This document shows positions 53,901-62,900 of a stretch of DNA of 64,000 nt, one piece after another. The stretch is from Bispira polyomma. Lineage: Eukaryota. The DNA lies in assembly GCA_965649765.1 (NCBI GenBank), contig OZ287758.1, forward strand, positions 45,198,001 to 45,262,000. Direction: 5' to 3'. A model generated the notes under the pieces. That model saw nothing but the letters and a program-made list of their open reading frames with translations, had not been told where the DNA came from and ran no database searches. A program made the translations under genes and the position numbers. Within the stretch, counting starts at the first letter, position 1, and the number at the start of each line of letters is the position of its first letter.

Positions 53901-56900
53901 GTGTAGTGGTGGTTGGTGTAGTGGTGGTTGGTGTAGTAGTGGTTGGTGTAGTTGTGGTAGGTGTAGTGGTGGTAGGTGTAGTGGTGGTTGGTGTAGTGGT
54001 GGTTGGTGTTGTGGTGGTAGGTGTAGTGGTGGTTGATGAAGATGTGAGAAGTGGAATACCTGTAACAGTCAAATATATATAATATATACCTAATACATTA
54101 AATGAACAATCGAGATTATGGTATTTAATACAAATTATGTTGAATTAAATAGGCTTTTTATACAAATAAATATCAACAATACTTACATCCAAGGACTTTG
54201 AGCTGAGATACCCTAACAGCAGGCTTGTTGGTCAATGCTGGTACCAAGCTATTGATTTTGACACGTTCAACTGTTTGAGGCAAGTCTTTTTTAAAACACT
54301 GCAAATTGCTTTCATCAAAGGCCTGAAATATATGTCATATATATTTATAAAAACAGAGTGTGATGTAGCTCTTTAGCGTATGTTGTAATATTTGTGGGCA
54401 TATATGATGCACAAACAATTTAATCTGGGCTATTTGTATTTTTATTAGTCATTGACAGTGACATTTTTGCATGTTTATAAAGTGAATATTTTAGGGTATC
54501 GTAAAACAGGGAGTAGATATTGTCTAAATTCTTCTTTGAATTCATCAATAAGTCTGTTTGAAGTACCTCATTTCTGTGTGCCGTCTTGCCAATTTTATGG
54601 TATCGGTAAAACATAATATCCTAGCTAGTGATCAGCAAAATCTTCTTAAGTTTGTGACCAGATTTCATGCTGATGGTTAAAACCAAATCTACAATGCTTC
54701 CTATGATGTGTGCTTGGAAATTTACCAATTGATCCAAGTCATTTTTGATAGATAATAAGCACCTGATTGGAAGGTTTACTCTATTGGTCAGATTAAAATC
54801 CAACACTTGTGCAATACATTTTGAGGGTGCACAGGACAGGCGTACACATATATCTATACTAGTGTTGAAATCAGATAGATTAATACAGTTTTGTATGTAT
54901 ACTTAAAATAAATTAGAAAGTCTCCACAAAGCAATGCAACAAACCTTTTTGTCTTTTACATTTTGATGTGCAAGTCCAAAATCCAACACCAAATTGCCAG
55001 ATACAGCATTTTCAATATGAACACAAAACATTAAAACTCGAAAGCTTTGCAAATTTGACATTTGTATCAATATGTTATTTTTAGGAATGCTTGTGTCTAA
55101 TTCATACGATGTTGTTAAATCAAATGCAGCTTTCTGTACTTCAATATTAGAAAGATTAAGTTTAAGGAGAATTTGAAGGTCTCCACTACCATTGCGACTG
55201 GAAACAAAGGTTTCATTTTGAAAACAGCTGACTAAGGGCATTAAGATGGTTGGTGTAGTAGTGGTTGGTGTAGTGGTTGTTGGTGTAGTTGTGGTTGGTG
55301 TAGTGGTGGTTGGCGTAGTGGTGGTTGGTGTTGTGGTGGTAGGTGTAGTGGTGGTAGGTGTAGTGGTGGTAGGTGTTGTGGTGGTAGGTGTGGTGGTGGT
55401 AGGTGTAGTAGTGGTTGGTGTTGTGGTGGTAGGTGTTGTGGTGGTAGGTGTAGTGGTGGTTGGTGTTGTGGTGGTAGGTGTAGTGGTGGTAAGTGTAGTG
55501 GTGGTAGATGTAGTGGTAGTTGGTGTAGTAGTGGTAGGTGTTGTGGTGGTAGGTGTAGTGCTGGTAGGTGTAGTGGTGGTTGGTGTAGTGGTGGTTGGTG
55601 TTGTGGTAATATGTGTAGTGGTGGTTGGTGTAGTAGTGGTTGGTGTAGTGGTGGTAGGTGTAGTGGTGGTAGGTGTAGTAATGGTAGGTGTAGTGGTGGT
55701 AGGTGTAGTGGTGGTTGGTGTAGTGGTGGTAGGTGTAGTAATGGTAGGTGTAGTGGTGGTAGGTGTAGTGGTGGTAGGTGTAGTGGTGGTTGGTGTAGTG
55801 GTGGTTGGTGTTGTGGTGGTAGGTGTAGTGGTGGTTGATGAAGATGTGAGAAGTGGAATACCTGTAACAGTCAAATATATATAATATATACCTAATACAT
55901 TAAATGAACAATCGAGATTATGGTATTTAATACAAATTATGTTGAATTAAATAGGCTTTTTATACAAATAAATATCAACAATACTTACATCCAAGGACTT
56001 TGAGCTGAGATACCCTAACAGCAGGCTTGTTGGTCAATGCTGGTACCAAGCTATTGATTTTGACACGTTCAACTGTTTGAGGCAAGTCTTTTTTAAAACA
56101 CTGCAAATTGCTTTCATCAAAGGCCTGAAATATATGTCATATATATTTATAGAAACAGAGTGTGATGTAGCTCTTTAGCGTATGTTGTAATATTTGTGGG
56201 CATATATGATGCACAAACAATTTAATCTGGGCTATTTGTATTTTTATTAGTCATTGACAGTGACATTTTTGCATGTTTATAAAGTAAATATTTTAGGGTA
56301 TCGTAAAACAGGGAGTAGATATTGTCTAAATTCTTCTTTGAATTCATCAATAAGTCTGTTTGAAGTACCTCATTTCTGTGTGCCGTCTTGCCAATTTTAT
56401 GGTATCGGTAAAACATAATATCCTAGCTAGTGATCAGCAAAATCTTCTTAAGTTTGTGACCAGATTTCATGCTGATGGTTAAAACCAAATCTACAATGCT
56501 TCCTATGATGTGTGCTTGGAAATTTACCAATTGATCCAAGTCATTTTTGATAGATAATAAGCACCTGATTGGAAGGTTTACTCTATTGGTCAGATTAAAA
56601 TCCAACACTTGTGCAATACATTTTGAGGGTGCACAGGACAGGCGTACACATACATCTATACTAGTGTTGAAATCAGATAGATTAATACAGTTTTGTATGT
56701 TTACTTAAAAAAATTAGAAAGTCGCCACATAGCAATGCAACAAACCTTTTTGTCTTTTACATTTTGATGTGCAAGTCCAAAATCCAACACCAAATTGCCA
56801 GATACAGCATTTTCAATATGAACACAAAACATTAAAACTCGAAAGCTTTGCGAATTTGACATTTGTATCAATATGTTATTTTTAGGAATGCTTGTGTCTA

Positions 56901-59900
56901 ATTCATACGATGTTGTTAAATCAAATGCAGCTTTCTGTACTTCAATATTAGAAAGATTAAGTTTAAGGAGAATTTGAAGGTCTCCACTACCATTGCGACT
57001 GGAAACAAAGGTTTCATTTTGAAAACAGCTGACTAAGGGCATTAAGATGGTTGGTGTAGTAGTGGTTGGTGTAGTGGTTGTTGGTGTAGTTGTGGTTGGT
57101 GTAGTGGTGGTTGGCGTAGTGGTGGTTGGTGTTGTGGTGGTAGGTGTAGTGGTGGTAGGTGTAGTGGTGGTAGGTGTTGTGGTGGTAGGTGTGGTGGTGG
57201 TAGGTGTAGTAGTGGTTGGTGTTGTGGTGGTAGGTGTTGTGGTGGTAGGTGTAGTGGTGGTTGGTGTTGTGGTGGTAGGTGTAGTGGTGGTAAGTGTAGT
57301 GGTGGTAGATGTAGTGGTAGTTGGTGTAGTAGTGGTAGGTGTTGTGGTGGTAGGTGTAGTGCTGGTAGGTGTAGTGGTGGTTGGTGTAGTGGTGGTTGGT
57401 GTTGTGGTAATATGTGTAGTGGTGGTTGGTGTAGTAGTGGTTGGTGTAGTGGTGGTAGGTGTAGTGGTGGTAGGTGTAGTAATGGTAGGTGTAGTGGTGG
57501 TAGGTGTAGTGGTGGTTGGTGTAGTGGTGGTAGGTGTAGTAATGGTAGGTGTAGTGGTGGTAGGTGTAGTGGTGGTAGGTGTAGTGGTGGTTGGTGTAGT
57601 GGTGGTTGGTGTTGTGGTGGTAGGTGTAGTGGTGGTTGATGAAGATGTGAGAAGTGGAATACCTGTAACAGTCAAATATATATAATATATACCTAATACA
57701 TTAAATGAACAATCGAGATTATGGTATTTAATACAAATTATGTTGAATTAAATAGGCTTTTTATACAAATAAATATCAACAATACTTACATCCAAGGACT
57801 TTGAGCTGAGATACCCTAACAGCAGGCTTGTTGGTCAATGCTGGTACCAAGCTATTGATTTTGACACGTTCAACTGTTTGAGGCAAGTCTTTTTTAAAAC
57901 ACTGCAAATTGCTTTCATCAAAGGCCTGAAATATATGTCATATATATTTATAGAAACAGAGTGTGATGTAGCTCTTTAGCGTATGTTGTAATATTTGTGG
58001 GCATATATGATGCACAAACAATTTAATCTGGGCTATTTGTATTTTTATTAGTCATTGACAGTGACATTTTTGCATGTTTATAAAGTAAATATTTTAGGGT
58101 ATCGTAAAACAGGGAGTAGATATTGTCTAAATTCTTCTTTGAATTCATCAATAAGTCTGTTTGAAGTACCTCATTTCTGTGTGCCGTCTTGCCAATTTTA
58201 TGGTATCGGTAAAACATAATATCCTAGCTAGTGATCAGCAAAATCTTCTTAAGTTTGTGACCAGATTTCATGCTGATGGTTAAAACCAAATCTACAATGC
58301 TTCCTATGATGTGTGCTTGGAAATTTACCAATTGATCCAAGTCATTTTTGATAGATAATAAGCACCTGATTGGAAGGTTTACTCTATTGGTCAGATTAAA
58401 ATCCAACACTTGTGCAATACATTTTGAGGGTGCACAGGACAGGCGTACACATACATCTATACTAGTGTTGAAATCAGATAGATTAATACAGTTTTGTATG
58501 TTTACTTAAAAAAATTAGAAAGTCGCCACATAGCAATGCAACAAACCTTTTTGTCTTTTACATTTTGATGTGCAAGTCCAAAATCCAACACCAAATTGCC
58601 AGATACAGCATTTTCAATATGAACACAAAACATTAAAACTCGAAAGCTTTGCGAATTTGACATTTGTATCAATATGTTATTTTTAGGAATGCTTGTGTCT
58701 AATTCATACGATGTTGTTAAATCAAATGCAGCTTTCTGTACTTCAATATTAGAAAGATTAAGTTTAAGGAGAATTTGAAGGTCTCCACTACCATTGCGAC
58801 TGGAAACAAAGGTTTCATTTTGAAAACAGCTGACTAAGGGCATTAAGATGGTTGGTGTAGTAGTGGTTGGTGTAGTGGTTGTTGGTGTAGTTGTGGTTGG
58901 TGTAATGGTGGTAGGTGTAGTGGTGGTAGGTGTAGTGGTGGTAGGTGTTGTGGTGGTAGGTGTAGTGGTGGTAGGTGTAGTGGTGGTTGGTGTTGTGGTG
59001 GTAGGTGTAGTGGTGGTAGGTGTAGTGGTGGTAGGTGTTGTGGTGGTAGGTGTGGTGGTGGTAGGTGTAGTAGTGGTTGGTGTTGTGGTGGTAGGTGTTG
59101 TGGTGTTAGGTGTAGTGGTGGTTGGTGTTGTGGTGGTAGGTGTAGTGGTGGTAAGTGTAGTGGTGGTAGATGTAGTGGTAGTTGGTGTAGTAGTGGTAGG
59201 TGTTGTGGTGGTAGGTGTAGTGCTGGTAGGTGTAGTGGTGGTTGGTGTAGTGGTGGTTGGTGCTGTGGTAATATGTGTAGTGGTGGTTGGTGTAGTGGTG
59301 GTTGGTGTAGTAGTGGTTGGTGTAGTGGTGGTAGGTGTAGTGGTGGTAGGTGTAGTGGTGGTAGGTGTAGTGGTGGTTGGTGTAGTGGTGGTTGGTGTTG
59401 TGGTGGTAGGTGTAGTAATGGTAGGTGTAGTGGTGGTTGATGAAGATGTGAGAAGTGGAATACCTGTAACAGTCAAATATATATAATATATACCTAATAC
59501 ATTAAATGAACAATCGAGATTATGGTATTTAATACAAATTATGTTGAATTAAATAGGCTTTTTATACAAATAAATATCAACAATACTTACATCCAAGGAC
59601 TTTGAGCTGAGATACCCTAACAGCAGGCTTGTTGGTCAATGCTGGTACCAAGCTATTGATTTTGACACGTTCAACTGTTTGAGGCAAGTCTTTTTTAAAA
59701 CACTGCAAATTGCTTTCATCAAAGGCCTGAAATATATGTCATATATATTTATAAAAACAGAGTGTGATGTAGCTCTTTAGCATGTGTTGTAATATTTGTG
59801 GGCATATATGATGCACAAACAATTCAGTCTGGGCTATTTGTATTTTTATTAGTCATTGACAGTGACATTTTTGCATGTTTATAAAGTAAATATTTCAGGG

Positions 59901-62900
59901 TATTGTAAAACAGGGAGTAGATATTGTCTAAATTCTTCTTTGAATTCATCAATAAGTCTGTTTGAAGTACCTCATTTCTGTGTGCCGTCTTGCCAATTTT
60001 ATGGTATTGGTGATACATAATATCCTAGCTAGTGATCTGCAAAACCTTCTTAAGTTTGTGACCAAATTTCATGCTGATGGTTAAAACCAAATCTACAATG
60101 CTTCCTATGATGTGTGTTTGGAAATTTACCAATTGATCCAAGGCATTTTTGATAGATAATAAGCACCTGATTGGAAGGTTTACTCTATTGGTCAGATTAA
60201 AATCCAACACTTGTGCAATACATTTTGAGGGTGCACAGGACAGGCGTACACATATATCTATACTAGTGTTGAAATCAGATAGATTAATACAGTTTTGTAT
60301 GTTTACTTAAAAAAAATTAGAAAGTCGCCACATAGCAATGCAACAAACCTTTTTGTCTTTTACATTTTGATGTGCAAGTCCAAAATCCAACACCAAATTG
60401 CCAGATACAGCATTTTCAATATGAACACAAAACATTAAAACTCGAAAGTTTTGCGAATTTGACATTTGTATCAATATGTTATTTTTAGGAATGCTTGTGT
60501 CTAATTCATACGATGTTGTTAAATCAAATGCAGCTTTCTGTACTTCAATATTAGAAAGATTAAGTTTAAGGAGAATTTGAAGGTCTCCACTACCATTGCG
60601 ACTGGAAACAAAGGTTTCATTTTGAAAACAGCTGACTAAGGGCATTAAGATGGTTGGTGTAGTAGTGGTTGGTGTAGTGGTGGTTGGTGTAGTGGTGATT
60701 GGTGTAGTGGTGGTTGGCGTAGTGGTGGTCGGTATAGTGGTGGTAGGTGTAGTGGTGGTAGGTGTAGTTGTGGTTGCTGTAGTGGTGGTAGGTGTAGTTG
60801 TGGTAGGTGTTGTGGTGGTAGGTGTAGTTGTGGTAGGTGTTGTGGTGGTAGGTGTAGTGGTGGTAGGTGTAGTGGTGGTTGGTGTTGTGGTGGTTGGTAT
60901 TGTGGTGGTAGGTGCTGTGGTGGTAGGTGTAGTAGTGGTTGGTGTTGTGGTGGTTGGTGTAGTTGTGGTTGGTGTAGTGGTGGTTGGTGTAGTGGTGGTT
61001 GGTATAGTAGTGGTAGGCGTAGTGGTGGTAGGTGTAGTTGTGGTAGGTGTTGTGGTGGTTGGTGTAGTGGTGGTTGGTGTTGTGGTGGTAGGTGTAGTGG
61101 TGGTAGGTCTAGTGGTGGTAGGTGTAGTGGTGGTAAGTATAGTGGTGGTAGATGTAGTGGTAGTTGGTGTAGTAGTGGTAGGTGTTGTGGTGGTAGGTGT
61201 AGTGCTGGTAGGTGTAGTGGTGGTTGGTGTAGTGGTGGTTGGTGTTGTGGTAATATGTGTAGTGGTGGTTGGTGTAGTGGTGGTTGGTGTAGTAGTGGTT
61301 GGTGTAGTGGTGGTAGGTGTAGTGGTGGTAGGTGTAGTAATGGTAGGTGTAGTGGTGGTAGGTGTAGTGGTGGTTGGTGTAGTGGTGGTTGGTGTTGTGG
61401 TGGTAGGTGTAGTAATGGTAGGTGTAGTGGTGGTTGATGAAGATTTGAGAAGTGGAATACCTGTAACAGTCAAATATATATAATATATACCTAATACATT
61501 AAATGAACAATCGAGATTATGGTATTTAATACAAAATATGTTGAATTAAATAAGCTTTTTATACAAATAAATATCAACAATACTTACATCCAAGGACTTT
61601 GAGCTGAGATACCCTAACAGCAGGCTTGTTGGTCAATGCTGGTACCAAGCTATTGATTTTGACACGTTCAACTGTTTGAGGCAAGTCTTTTTTAAAACAC
61701 TGCAAATTGCTTTCATCAAAGGCCTGAAATATATGTCACATATATTTATAAAAACAGAGTGTGATGTAGCTCTTTAGCGTATGTTGTAATATTTGTGGGC
61801 ATATATGATGCACAAACAATTTAATCTGGGCTATTTGTATTTTTATTAGTCATTGACAGTGACATTTTTGCATGTTTATAAAGTAAATATTTTAGGGTAT
61901 CGTAAAACAGGGAGTAGATATTGTCTAAATTCTTCTTTGAATTCATCAATAAGTCTGTTTGAAGTACCTCATTTCTGTGTGCCGTCTTGCCAATTTTATG
62001 GTATCGGTAAAACATAATATCCTAGCTAGTGATCAGCAAAATCTTCTTAAGTTTGTGACCAGATTTCATGCTGATGGTTAAAACCAAATCTACAATGCTT
62101 CCTATGATGTGTGCTTGGAAATTTACCAATTGATCCAAGTCATTTTTGATAGATAATAAGCACCTGATTGGAAGGTTTACTCTATTGGTCAGATTAAAAT
62201 CCAACACTTGTGCAATACATTTTGAGGGTGCACAGGACAGGCGTACACATACATCTATACTAGTGTTGAAATCAGATAGATTAATACAGTTTTGTATGTT
62301 TACTTAAAAAAATTAGAAAGTCGCCACATAGCAATGCAACAAACCTTTTTGTCTTTTACATTTTGATGTGCAAGTCCAAAATCCAACACCAAATTGCCAG
62401 ATACAGCATTTTCAATATGAACACAAAACATTAAAACTCGAAAGCTTTGCGAATTTGACATTTGTATCAATATGTTATTTTTAGGAATGCTTGTGTCTAA
62501 TTCATACGATGTTGTTAAATCAAATGCAGCTTTCTGTACTTCAATATTAGAAAGATTAAGTTTAAGGAGAATTTGAAGGTCTCCACTACCATTGCGACTG
62601 GAAACAAAGGTTTCATTTTGAAAACAGCTGACTAAGGGCATTAAGATGGTTGGTGTAGTAGTGGTTGGTGTAGTGGTGGTTGGTGTAGTTGTGGTTGGTG
62701 TAGTGGTGGTTGGCGCAGTGGTGGTTGGTATAGTGGTGGTAGGTGTAGTGGTGGTAGGTGTAGTTGTGGTTGCTGTAGTTGTGGTTGGTGTAGTTGTGGT
62801 AGGTGTTGTGGTGGTTGGTGTTTTGGTGGTAGGTGTAGTGGTGGTAGGTGTAGTGGTGGTAGGTGTTGTGGTGGTAGGTGTAGTGGTGGTTGGTGTTGTG